This document shows, piece after piece, positions 34,926 to 46,700 of a stretch of DNA of 64,000 bases. This DNA comes from Felis catus (lineage: Eukaryota): positions 114,204,001-114,268,000 of the forward strand of contig NC_058377.1 in NCBI RefSeq assembly GCF_018350175.1. The letters are read 5' to 3'. The notes under the pieces were generated by a model. The model was given only the letters and a program-made list of their open reading frames with translations, made no database searches and was not told the DNA's origin. A program made the position numbers and the translations under genes. Each line of letters opens with the position of its first letter. Position 1 is the stretch's first letter.

Positions 34926-37900
34926 TTGGCGGGTGTTTATTGCATGGAGGGTACTTGTAGTCCTGGGCTTTTCGGTCGGTCCTTCAGCGACCAAGTCAGA
35001 TTCACCCATCACCCTTTTCTGCCAGTCTCTTTCTAATTAAGTAAAACGAGTTTTATTTTTTGGTTGGGTTTTATTTTATTCTGTTTTCGGTGGGGAGAGC
35101 GGGGGAGCATCTAAAACGTCTTTTTAGTTTTGTGCGCTAGGTGGCCCTCTCCTGTTGTCTTCAGAGGGTTGCATCAGCCTCCTCCCTGCCTCTGTCCGAG
35201 CTGTGTCTCCTGTCCTCTGCCCAGGCTCCAACTTGGGAAGGAGCCGTCGTAGTGTTTGCTAGATGGCTCTGCACCATCAGACCGTGCCGCGTCGGGTTCT
35301 GTGTGCCCCAGGCCTGCCTCGCTTCCCAGGGGCACCTGTGGTCGCCGGTAGACCGACTCGCTGCTGTTCAGGGAGGCCAGTTTGCCTCCCCTTGCTTCCT
35401 CCTGTGGCACAGTGTCGCCCCATCGTGTGATGATAGTCCAGACGGCTGGCCTGCTGGCTGTGCCCACTAGCAGCCTGCTCACGGCCGATCGCTGGTTCGC
35501 CCCCCTCCTCGGTAAGGTTGAGTGGGCTGCCCTGCCTTAACCCCAGTCCAGGGGGCTGCGTGGTGGTGCGCCGTGCCCGAGGGCTCACGGCCTCGTCACT
35601 ACCCCCTGGGCCCCGGCCTGCCTCTGGGGAGGAGGATCCGGTGCCGTTGCTCCCAGGAGCGAGGAGTGGACTCTGAGTGCCTGTCTCCTGGGTGTGGCAG
35701 GGTAACCATCGGTCATAATATGCTCAGCCAGTCACTTGTTAAATTATACAATGAAATGTGCAGAACGAGCCATCGTATGTCTGCCCTGTGTATTCCTCCT
35801 TTGTTTCTGCATGAGCTGAGGACAGCAGGAAGGCAGGGTCCCTCTCTGTCCCATAGAGGCATTGTGGGAGGGCCCCTTGCCCTTATGGAGCCCTGGCTGG
35901 GTGTCCCCTTGCTGCCCTACTTCTGGGTTTTGGCTCGCCCCTCGCTTCTCAGCTTCTTCCTTTCTCTGCACGAACAGTGGTCTAGTTACCCCCCTCTTGC
36001 TCTGCTTGGTACAGCCATTGGTGACAAAGCTTTCTAACTTGATGGAGGGGCCCTAGGTTTGGGCCACCAGGATTTCCAATCAATCTATGTTGGGGAAAGA
36101 CTCCAGCAGGCTCACCTGGGTCAGGGGCCAGATTTGGTTATCGGAAGGGATTCAGATCCAAGAGGCCAGGAGCTGGGTGCTGGGCTCAGGGCAGAAAGGG
36201 CAGTGAGTGCTCAAGTACAGAGTGGCGGATCCCAGACTCTTGCTGAGCTGAGACCACCAGAATGAAAGAGTGCTGTGCTTCTTAGTAACCACTTAGGGAG
36301 TGGGGACACGGGAGGAAGGTGTCTGGGCCTTGGGTGGTGTCCAGTCCCTGAGCACATGATGCTGGAGCTTCAAGGCTCCCCATCAGTGTGGCTTCTCTTA
36401 ACCACCACAGCCCCTTGGATTGGGAGCGTCCCAGGGGGTGGGGAACGCTGCCCTTTCGTGATGTTGGAGGGCCGTGGCGGAAGCAGGAAGGAAACTCGCA
36501 GGTACTTTGCAGAGCTGGCTAGGAGTTTGGGGGTGTTGGGGTGTCCGTTCTGCAAGAGATATTTTGGAAGAACTTCTATTAAGTGACATTTTGAATAACT
36601 GTCTGGAACAGAATCTGAAAAGCAGCTCCAAAAATAGCAGACCTCACTTAAAGTTTATGGCTAGCTCGTAAAAACACTGACGCAGTGAACACACTTAACT
36701 ACATTGCATTTGGAAAGCATTCTCCGTTGAGTCTGTTTGCGAGCGTGGTTTTGTTTTTGTCAACCCAGCAATCCTTCTCCTTAGGACTGTTGCAGACCCA
36801 CGTGTGTCTGTAGCTCTTTCCCCCTGGAACAGACTCTTCAGCAGAGAGGATGTTTCAGTTGTTTCCAGAATGTGTAATGTGTGAATTTGTGCCCCTGTTG
36901 GTAGCTAGGACCTTCCAGTAGACACATCTCAATGGGTGCACTTTCCAAGGCCCTGTGTCCACACAGGTCGTCCCAGATAATAGGCCAGATATGGCCACCA
37001 TTTGTTCCAGAACAGTCTTCCGAAACTTTGTGGTCATGAAATTCATTCATTTTGTAATGTGACTTAGAATAATACACTGTGCAAGTCTGTGTATATGTGG
37101 TGTGTGTGCGCACGTGTGTGTGGTCTTTATGTATAACTGAAACGCACTGGTCTGGGGCATGTGCCCTACACCGATCATTTCTGTTCTGGGTACTTGTTTT
37201 TTTATTTTGTTAAAAAAGGTCTGCCCCACCTGGCCGGTTTTATAAGCCATATTAGTGGGTCCGGCCTGTAGTTTGAGAAACTGTAGGTCCAGGATAGTTT
37301 CCATTTTGAAATAAGAAGAAGAATCACACATGTAAGGAGATCTGTTTAAAATGGCACAAAATCCAGGCTTACAGTCAGAGTTGTTTGAGAGGCTGTTGTA
37401 CTTTAAAGGAGGAGATGGATGACGGGGACGATCCTGCGAGTGGAGTGTGAGCGCTGGCCAGAGCTCCTGCACAGGCCCTCATGTCTCGCCATGCAGGGCA
37501 TGCGTTGTTTGCATGCACGTGGTGGGGGGCTGTGCACCTGCCATACGCGGTGGGCGCCTCCTCTTGGGAGAGGTGCCGAGTTAGTGATCTGTGCCATGCA
37601 GCTGGTTGGGGTGGGCCGAGGTTCCCCACCCCTCTGGGGCAGGGGAGTGGTCCTAAAGCTAGTGCTGTAGGGAGGGGCGCACAGCAAGCACGGCCCCACC
37701 CCTGGGCTGGGGCCCCTGGCTCTTGAAACACCAGGACCTGGGCTTTTCACCGAAGTCCCTGGTGGCAGAGGGCAGATGTGGGTCCCCGTGTCCCCTGCTG
37801 TCTCTGTCCTTTGCCCTCTGCGCCCCTTCCCGGGGCCTGGCTGCAGCTCACCAGCCAGGAACCTCAGTAGGCCCAGCACGTACTGCCTTTCCTTTCCTCT

Positions 37901-40900
37901 GCTCAAGGCAACAGAGTGACGAGTCAGAATTAAGACTCCTTTGAGAAGATGAGGCCCCCAGGTTGTCTGGCAGGTGTGATTCTATACCATGAACACCAAG
38001 TTTAAATGAACGAGCGAAGGCTTTTCCCAAGTGGGACAGTCTTGCCCGGCACCCTTCCTCGGGCCAAGTCTTTCTGCTGACCGCGTGCGGTGCCTGCCTG
38101 GAAGCTGAGGGCCACTCGCTGCCTGCGTGTCTGGCCCTCGGGGCAGAGAAGTCCCCGCAGGCAGCAGCAGGGGCTGCGGCGCCAGGGCCACATCTTTTTG
38201 TGCAGTGGTGGGAGCTCTCCTTCTTCGGGTGTGCTGAGGCTGCAGACGCCTTGCTGGGAAGGCCTCTGGGCAGCGGGGCACAGCCCCAGGCCTCCGCTCC
38301 GGCGCTGTGTGCAGGGGCCAGGCGGCAGGAAGGGTTGGATGGGAGCGATTCTCATTTCCGCTCTGGTGGACGACCTTCCAGTGAGGCGTAGGTGTTACTC
38401 TCAGAGCTGTCTGAGAACAGAAGCGTCGGGCTCCTCCCTGTTTCTGCTAAGCATTCGGCGGCGAATTGCTGGGGGATCATTTCTAGAAGTGTCGCTGTGG
38501 GCTCTTGGGAGTCCTTTGGAGGACTTTTGCAGGCCCCCTCTCTTCCCATGACTGTGAGCCTTGGACTCTAATCTGGCTGTGCCCGTGCCCCTGCTGGACC
38601 CAGCTTGCCGCCACCTCCCACACATCCTGAGTTCCCGTCCTGTGCCTGCTGCCCACCTGTGTCTCCACCCCTGTCTCTACCCACGGGGCATGTCTTCAGT
38701 TCAGACTCCCTGTGTCTCAGAGTTTCCCTGGTTGCTCCTTCTTTCCCCTCTGGCCCTTCTCTTAGTGGGTCTGGCTCATTGGCTGGCTCTGCCACAGCCA
38801 CGCGTCCGTGGTTCCTTTGTCTCCTTCAGGCCCTGGGAGGTCAGCTCCGCCGTCAAGCACACCCCAAACCTACTGGGTTCTGGCCATGCACACGAGCCTT
38901 GTGGGCACCCCGGCTTCTTACTCCCGGGCCGCCTCCATGGCATCCCAGCTGGTGCCCTGCTGCTTCTCTGCCTCTAGCGGCAGCACGTCGGCCGTGTCAC
39001 TCCGCCCCTAGGGCCCCAGTGGGTTTCCACTGCACTGGACTCCCACGTCAGCTTGTGCCCCACGGGGCCCAGCTGCAGCCTGCCGGCCTCCTGCCTGTCT
39101 GCATGGCAGGCTCCTTTGTGTCCCACGATCTTTGCACTTGCTGTTTCCTCAATACCTTTGCTTGGCTGTCCCTTTGCATCACTCAGGTCTCGATGAAAGT
39201 ACCTGAGTTCTCTGTGGCTTGTCTCCATCCTTGGAAACAAACGACAGTGTCCCGGAGGCAGGGGTTTGGGCTGCACAGTGTAGCGTAATGTCACGTAACT
39301 GACTTTGCCACGTTCCTGACACCAGAGCAGGCCAGGCGCGGCGTCCGTGTGCCTGCTACAGTGTGGGCTGAGCGAACCACGACCCTGCCCGGGCTGACTG
39401 CTGCAGCACATCAGCCTGTGGGTGGCCGGCCTGGCAGAGTCCTCTCTTCACTGCCAGGGCCACTGGTCTGTATGCCAGGGCTGGGACTCGGCGTCGAGTC
39501 TTGCCGGCTGACCCACCCTTGGCACTCCCACGGGTGCGGGGGGGCGCGGGGAGGCAGACGTTGCTCATGTGCATTGCGAGTGGAAGGTGAGAGGCCATCT
39601 CATCAGGGCCCCCGGGGCCAGGGCTCTATCCCAGCTGTAGCTGGTGCCAGGTGAGACCCCACTGTGGACAGGGCCTCCCCATGGTGGGCGGGGTCTCTCT
39701 AGTGCACTGGCTGCCGGAGGGTCCTGAGGAGGCATGCTTAAGCCAGGGAAGCTTAGGCACCGGGGGAGACAAGTTCTGTAGGATGCACGAGGCCTGGGGC
39801 GAGGCGGGCAAGAAGGGCACGAGTGAGCACATCCCGTGAGGCCAGAGGGACAGGCTTCACGCGGCCTCACAGACTTGAGGTGTGTTTCAAGCACATCAGG
39901 AAGCCTTTAGAGGGGCTTAGCGTGGCCTGGTTGTGTTTTGCCACAACCCCTCTGGGTGTTGCATGGAGAGGGGGATGTTGCCGGGACCCTGTGAAGGAGG
40001 CCAGTTAGGACACCTGTCAGGGTCCCAGCAGGTGGCAGTGCCTGGTGGAGGTGGAGATGACAGGGTGGCAGGCGCACTTGTTCCCTCCTTCCTCAGCTCA
40101 TGCCTTCGGGGGTTCTCATACTCCTGGTGACCCCATTTTAGAGGTGATAAAGACAGGCACAGAGGGGGTAGGACAGTGCCTGAGTTACTAGGAAGTCTCG
40201 GTGCTGGAGTTCAGCCTGACCCAGCCATGCCAGGGTCTGTTCCAGGGTCCTCTGGTGGTTTTGAGAACTAGGTGAGGGAATTGGTGGTGGACTTTGGGTT
40301 GCAGAGGGAGATGGTGGCCCGGCCCTGTGTGAATATGAGTGGGCAGGGGGCAGCTCTGTTACTGAGACGCAGGCGTCCATGTCCTGGTTGTACTTCAGGG
40401 CATGGTGAGTTTGATGAGCAATGGTGCCCTCTGCCTGGTGGAGCAGAGGTGCCGGGGGGCTGTGAGTATGCAGACGGGCCTGGCCGAGCCTGGGCAGAGG
40501 GAGAGGAAGGGAGGGCCAAGAGAGAAGGGCAGGTGCAAGGCTGGGCTCCGAGGAGCTGGGCCCCAGGTTGGGAGGAGCTGTGGGGAGCACGGAGTCTGCA
40601 GGGAGGCCAGCGTGGGCAGCTGCGGCAGGTGGACAGGTGCCCTGCGCTCACCGGCCTGGACCGAAGGGTATGGGACTGAGGGTGACCTTAGCCAGAGCGG
40701 TTTTGGTGTATGGATGGGGGGCAGGGGGCAGGCGCGGGCCAGTGTCAACCTCAGGGAAGGTAAGGAGGTGGAGCCAGGGAGCGATTTTCAGGAGCTTGGC
40801 TGTGAAGGGCACAAGATAGTGGGGCTTGTTGGGTCGGCCTCTGTGCCGGCCACTTTGCTCTGTCTCCCATCTCCTTGCATTTCTTGGCATTTTTTTCTCG

Positions 40901-41387
40901 TGACACGGAGGACCGCACAAGAGAATAAGCCTCGAGAGGTGTTCGCGCCCTGCCCGCCTCGTAGAAGGTCGTCTGGATGCTCTGCTGTGAGCTTTGTTTC
41001 GTGCAGTGTTCTTTCTTCCATAAGGAGACTCAAGGTAAAGCCACACAGGCTCCACCTTCCGGCAGAAGAGAGGGAAGATCACACCCCCCCATCCCTTCCC
41101 TCCCCCCTCCACTTCCCTCTTAGGGGCATACGAACCCCTAGATCCGGAGATACAGAGTATTCTCTCCCGTTCTCGTCTGTTTGAAACAAAAGTGGGGCAA
41201 CTGTATTCTGGACTTTGCTTAAACCTGCTGTGGACCTCTTCCCCCCGGCTCGTGTGACTGTGACGTGTTTATCTCGGGTCAGCTGTTGCCATCGTGGGTG
41301 GTGGTGAGAGTGGTTATAGTGGTAATTATAAACAGCGTCACAGGGACAGTCTCACAGGGACCGTCTTGGCCCATCTGTCCTTGCTAC

Positions 41388-41419
<32 letters not shown>

Positions 41420-42038
41420 AGGGAATCACTGCTGTCCCTTCCCTTGATGATACACTGTCACATTCTTCCTGTGCCCTCCTGCCTGCTGGGTGGCCAGAGG
41501 CCTGCTCTGGTCAGGGGTTGCCAGTCTGGTGGAACACAGTCCCACTGTCCTCTGTGTTTCTTTGTTAGTGGGGCCAAGCCTATTTTTATGTCTTTATTAC
41601 CTTTCTAAGTTTTCCTCTGGATTGCTCATTCTAGTCTCAGAATGCTGTGTTGATTGGTGTGGTCACTACCAAAAAAGAGATTTATCCTATTTATAACTTC
41701 ACCTGTGTTCACCACGCAGAGGTGCTTCCCTCCAGGTGACTGGAGGGGAGCATCAAGTCAGAGGAAGCAAGACCGTGGAAGCAGCTAGTGCTTGGTGCCT
41801 TCTGTTTGCATAGCTCTGCACACTGCATGACAGGAAGATTCAAGTTTCAAGATTCCACACCTGCCAGAGGTGGCCCTTTCCCTTATCACCTCAGTTCTGT
41901 TATTAAAGACCACTCCTCACGTTGTAAGTTCAGAGGCCCAGGCACCCTCCTCTCTGGCGGCCAGCTTTCTTATACCCAGGGACATCTGGGAGCTGGGGTC
42001 AGACACCACACGAGGCTGCATCTGCTTGCTCAGGATAC

Positions 42039-42068
42039 ACTGGACTGGACTGGACTGGACTGGACTGG
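42039..42068 (+). repeat. (ACTGG)6 pentanucleotide microsatellite
   Basis: Directly visible. Confidence 0.95.
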
Positions 42069-42071
42069 AGG

Positions 42072-42150
42072 CCAGCATTCCCACTTTATAGACTGGAAAA
42101 GAAGGCCCAGAGAGGTCGAGCGGCTGCCGGGGTCCTGAGTCTGGGTACCG
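42072..42150 (-). mobile_element. MIR core fragment
   Basis: ATTCCCACTTTATAGACTGGAAAAGAAGGCCCAGAGAGGTC. Confidence 0.6.
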
Positions 42151-42449
42151 GGGATCGATGTGCCCACTTTCTAGTCTGGAGCCCCCCGAGGCTGCTCACT
42201 AAAGCCTCTGGGATACGCTCGGGTGCTCCGCAAGAAGCAGGCTGACCCCACCTCGACCACTGCCTTCAGACCTCCCGACACAGGCTTGAGCTGCACACCT
42301 GCCACGGTTCTGAGCTGAGGAGGCAGGTGAAGTGGAGACAGCCAGTGCAGACCATGCGGCCTGCGGTGGGACTTAACGTGGAGGGGGACTTACCTGGTCT
42401 CCTGGCAGGAGGAGGGTTCGAAGGAGCTGCTATGAGCAGAAGGAGCCTG

Positions 42450-42468
42450 TGTCCACCAGAGGGCGCGG
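42450..42468 (+). promoter_or_regulatory. CTCF motif (forward)
   Basis: TGTCCACCAGAGGGCGCGG versus consensus TGGCCACCAGGGGGCGCTA. Confidence 0.65.
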
Positions 42469-44289
42469 GTGACCACGCAAGTAGGCTGGACAGCGGAATG
42501 GAGATTCTGGGGCTGGATGATCACCCGGAAAATGAGTGCGTGCCGGAGAGGGCCGCTGTGGAGCCCGCGTGTGTGTTTGTGTATGCTACTGGTCCTTGCC
42601 CTGCTGCCCCACATGCTGTGGCTGCCAGGACCCTGAGGGGTCCTGCTGGGTGTACGCCGGCTCAGCGTCCTGCCGACCAGACGCCTGGTGGAGGTGGCCC
42701 TGTGGAACAGCCGGCCTGCCTACGAAGTGCACGCCGTGTCCCCAGGACGGGAGGCCTCAGGGCGTGCCATCACCAGCAGGACGCCCTGCCAGGCTGGCTT
42801 GCCTGCTCTGGCTGCTCCTCCCCCACAGCCACGGAAATGCCACGCACTCTCACACCTGCCAGTGCCGGGTGGCCTTAGCGTCTCAGTCTTTGACTGTCTG
42901 CTAGGTTATTGTCATCACTGGTCCACTTTTGGTCTCATTTGTTTTAGTGCTGCCCCCCACCCCCCGTCCCTCACCTGCCCCTGAATTTTGTTTGGAAGAC
43001 TCTAGGCAGCCCGCGACCATCCCCTGCCTTGTAGCACCTGTCAGGGTGGTGGTCTTGGGGGGAACATGTCCATTTGGCGCCTGTATTGGGTTCCCTGCTA
43101 AGCTCTGAGCTCTGGAGAGCAGGTGTGTGTTTGTCCCCGGTGAACACAAGTGGCCGTGTCTGGCTCATAATAAATAGGTGCCAGTGTTTGAGCAGCTTCC
43201 TAAGGGGGCACCAAGAGGAGGTGTCTGCATTTTGCCGCTTGGTTGACCTTGCGCTAAGTATTTGCTTTTCAGGGTTCCTCACAAAGATAGTAACCCTAGT
43301 GAAAGCCTGCTGTCCACTTGTGCCCACTCCCCACCACGAGGGCCGAGGGCCAGGGGCCAGGTGACTGCCAGGATCAGGGACTCTGCCTGAGGCTGCAACA
43401 GGGAGATGGCGTGGGGACCTCTCCAAGTCACGCGAGCCTTCTCCAAGTGATTTCAGGGTTCCAGTAGGGTTGGGACGTGGGTAGTGGCAGCTGAAGCTAG
43501 TTGGAGGGGAGGGGACCCCCTTTTCTGAGCAGACATGCATGCGCCTTCCCTTGCCTGCCACACCCCTGCCGTGCAGACATGAGCCTGAGTTAGCAGCCTC
43601 GGCCAGGCTCTGGGATGAGAGTCCAACACGTTTGACAGATTTGTGCTTTGTCTTTGGTCTCTGAGCACACCTCCATGGAGACAGTGGTGTGTGTTTGGAA
43701 GCCTTGGGCCACGGCTGGGGCTGGGGCCTATCGCCCATGGCCTTCGGGTACAACCCACTGACCCTCAAGGTTGGATCAAGTCCATGGCTTTCTGACTCTT
43801 CGGGGATAGGGGACAAAGGGACAGGTGATCCTGAAATGCTGGCTAGGAAGTAGGGCCGGGGCTGGGCTGCACAGGAAGGGGCAGGGGCTGTCAGGATGCA
43901 TTTCCTCTAAGGCTGGCCAGCCCTGCAGTCGAGCTCCATCCTGGTGGGGCAGGATCCTCCTCTGTCAGTGGGCTTGACTGGGTGGGAAGTGCGCCAGCAG
44001 ATGAGTAGAACTGACATCTCCAGCGGCTCCTTGGTGAGCCAGAGACCCTGGGCCCCTCGTGGGACCGAGTGATGGGCGTGGGGCCCGCACCAGCCAGGAT
44101 GCTCTGTGGCCCGGTTCAGATGCCTCACCACTCACCTCTCATACACAGAGACAAGTGGGCGTGGGCCTCAGTGGGTAGGTGGGATGCGGAGCCCGGGGCC
44201 GCCTGCCTGCATCCCGTGCACTTGGCCCTGATGTCTGAAGGAGGTGGAGTGGGCTTCTGTGTGGAAGTTAGAAATGTAAGAGCAAATTA

Positions 44290-44860
44290 AAAGCCCAAAG
44301 GATAGGAGATAAGATTGGGTGTACTTCCCATCAGGTAGAACAGAAAGTCAGGTTTCGACCCCAGGAGCACGAGAGCAAGGGTGTCCGAGCATCTGTGCAG
44401 GGAGCGCACAGACTCCACAAAGGAGTTCCAGAAAGAGCAGGAAACAGAAGGAGGGAATTATTAAGCCAAGTCACCATTCTCCCAGAACCACAGGCAGTGG
44501 GTTCACATTGAATGGGCTCAGCGCCTCACACAGGGAGTGTCCTCTGTTCCCACAACATTTCAGGATGCCAGGGATAAAGAAAGGATTCTAAAAACTTCCA
44601 GAGAGAGGAACAAAGCAAAACAAAAAACAAAGGAATCCAAACACAAATTCTAGTCCAGAAAAGAAAAAAATAGTCTTCAAGGAACTGTCAGAAAAGGATT
44701 TCCAACACGGACTTCATATCAGCCGAACCATCAGTCACATGTGAGGTTAGAAAAAAAAATCTCTTCTCACTCATAAGTTCTACAAGAAAGGATTACTTTC
44801 ATGCACCTCCTTTCAGGAAGTTTCTGAGGAGACCTGGTGCTGAAGGGGGAGGAGGGCAGC
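44290..44860 (+). mobile_element. HAL1 / old L1 ORF1-like fragment
   Basis: GGATAAAGAAAGGATTCTAAAAACTTCCAGAGAG; CATGCACCTCCTTTCAGGAAGTTTCTGAGGA. Confidence 0.7.
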
Positions 44861-45302
44861 CCTGTGGAGTGCTGGGGAGCAGGCCTGGTCAGAACTGAGG
44901 GACGGGGTCACTGGCAGGAAACCCAGGGAAGACCCTGGGGGGCGCTTTACCAAAGCGCTTTCTCAGGGGTCCATCCAGTCACATGTCTTGGTTGGGCCCT
45001 GTCCTACTCTGAATTTTCCTAATTAATAATTCCTGGCTTCAGGTTCTAGAAAGCCACATTTACCTAAATCTAGGTGAGTGGTGTCAACATGCTATTGCTC
45101 CGTGAGTGCCTGTCCCCTCTTCCTCACCGTGCGCATCACCTAGTTTCTGGGAGGGAGGCGGGAACAGTGGAGGCCCCGCTGTCACCGGGAAGTAAGCGGT
45201 AATGGAAGTCCCCTGGATGCTCGCTGGTGGCCACCCTGTCTTCTTGGCCGTGGGCCCCACCCTCGGCTCAGCGGTCCCAGGTCGACCTGGGGCAGTGCTG
45301 CT

Positions 45303-45322
45303 GTGTGTGTGTGTGTGTGTGT
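45303..45322 (+). repeat. (TG)10 microsatellite
   Basis: Directly visible. Confidence 0.9.
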
Positions 45323-45829
45323 GGTCAGCGTTGTGGGGTGGGGGGGACAGCGTCCACCCCAACCCAGTTCTCAGGTCAGCAGTGCTGTTGGAGGAGTTTT
45401 GACGAAGGTGTGGGTTCGTGTGTTTCTCCCTGCAGATGGACGGCTCCCTCCTCTAGCCCTCCCACAGCCATGCCTGCCTGCCACCTGCCTCAGGCTTTTC
45501 CTGGGCCTCGAGGTCACCCACCGTGTGTGTGGCAGCGGCCGGCTCCTCTCCCACTGTGGCCAGAGCTCCTTCCAGCGCTTTTGAGGTCCTCGTGTGGCCG
45601 TGTGGCCTGTGCCCTAGGGGTTAGGAGGGGCATCGTCATGGGGTGCCCACTGTGTATTTCACTTTTTGGGAAATGCCAAATATTTAGCCGCACCTAATTT
45701 TTAAAAATCTTTGTTAGGATGTATGTAGTAACTTTTTTTTTTTTGTTTTTCCAATTATAAAACTTGGAGACCTGGGGACAAAGCCTCCCTTTATTAGCAT
45801 TTGTTTCTTAGTGTTTTCATGTTTGACTT

Positions 45830-46700
45830 TCTCCAAAATTACAATAGCTTTCTTCCCCTTTCTGATTGTATGGGAAATTCCAATAATTCGTAGAATTATA
45901 AAGAAAATGAAGGGGCGCCTGGGTGGCTCAGTCGGTTGAGCGTCCGACTTCGGCTCAGGTCATGATCTCGTGGTCCGTGCGTTCAAGCCCCGTGTTGGGC
46001 TCTGTGCTGACAGCTCGGAGCCTGGAGCCTATTTCAGATTCTGTGTCTCTTTCTCTCTCTGACCGTCCCCCCCATTCATGCTCTGTCTCTCTCTGTCCCA
46101 AAAATAAATAAACTTTAAAAAAAAAAAGAAATCCACATCAAATCTCACCCCCAAGCAGCCGTTCAGGGTGGCCCCTTCCAGCTTCCCAGTGCTGTGGCCC
46201 ATCCGTGCCAGCGTGCGCTCCAGCAGGGACAGAGACTGCCCCTCTGATGGGGACACACCACGGCTTGTTGACCAGGCCCCTGTGCATACAGGCTTAGACG
46301 GTTTCCAATATCTTCATTTCAAGCAATTAAGTCCTTATTCGTAAGTCATTCTGAGTTTGAGTATTTGTGATAAATTCCTGAAAGTAGACTTTCTGGCCCA
46401 GAGGGTCTTCACGTTGTGCGTTATGGGACATTTTGTGGGGCAGTCTTTGGGCAGGGAGTGTGGGCGAGTCTCCCCAGCGCTGGCTGTCCTCGTGCCACAT
46501 CAGAAGCAGGAAAAAATTGTCTTGTCTTCAGTGGGCTTGCTTCTGAGTTAGGGAAATTGGCCTCCTCTTCTTATGTTTATTGACCATTGACCATTTGTCT
46601 TTTTTTTTCCCTCTCTCTTATGGATGTTTTTTTTTCTTGCCCTTTATTGCATATTTCTGAGGGGAGGGGGGTCGTGTTTTCCTTACTGATTTGCACATGT
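45830..46700 (-). mobile_element. L1ME-type antisense fragments (split by a SINEC)
   Basis: CTGATTGTATGGGAAATTCC...ATAAAGAAAAT; GTAGACTTTCTGGCCCAGAGGG; TTATGTTTATTGACCATTG. Confidence 0.55.
45912..46127 (+). mobile_element. SINEC
   Basis: GGGGCGCCTGGGTGGCTCAGTCGGTTGAGCG head to A tail; TSD weak. Confidence 0.96.

Noticed and set aside
2309-46127. tRNA-like A/B box sequences
   Set aside because: They are tRNA-derived SINEC heads, not tRNA genes.
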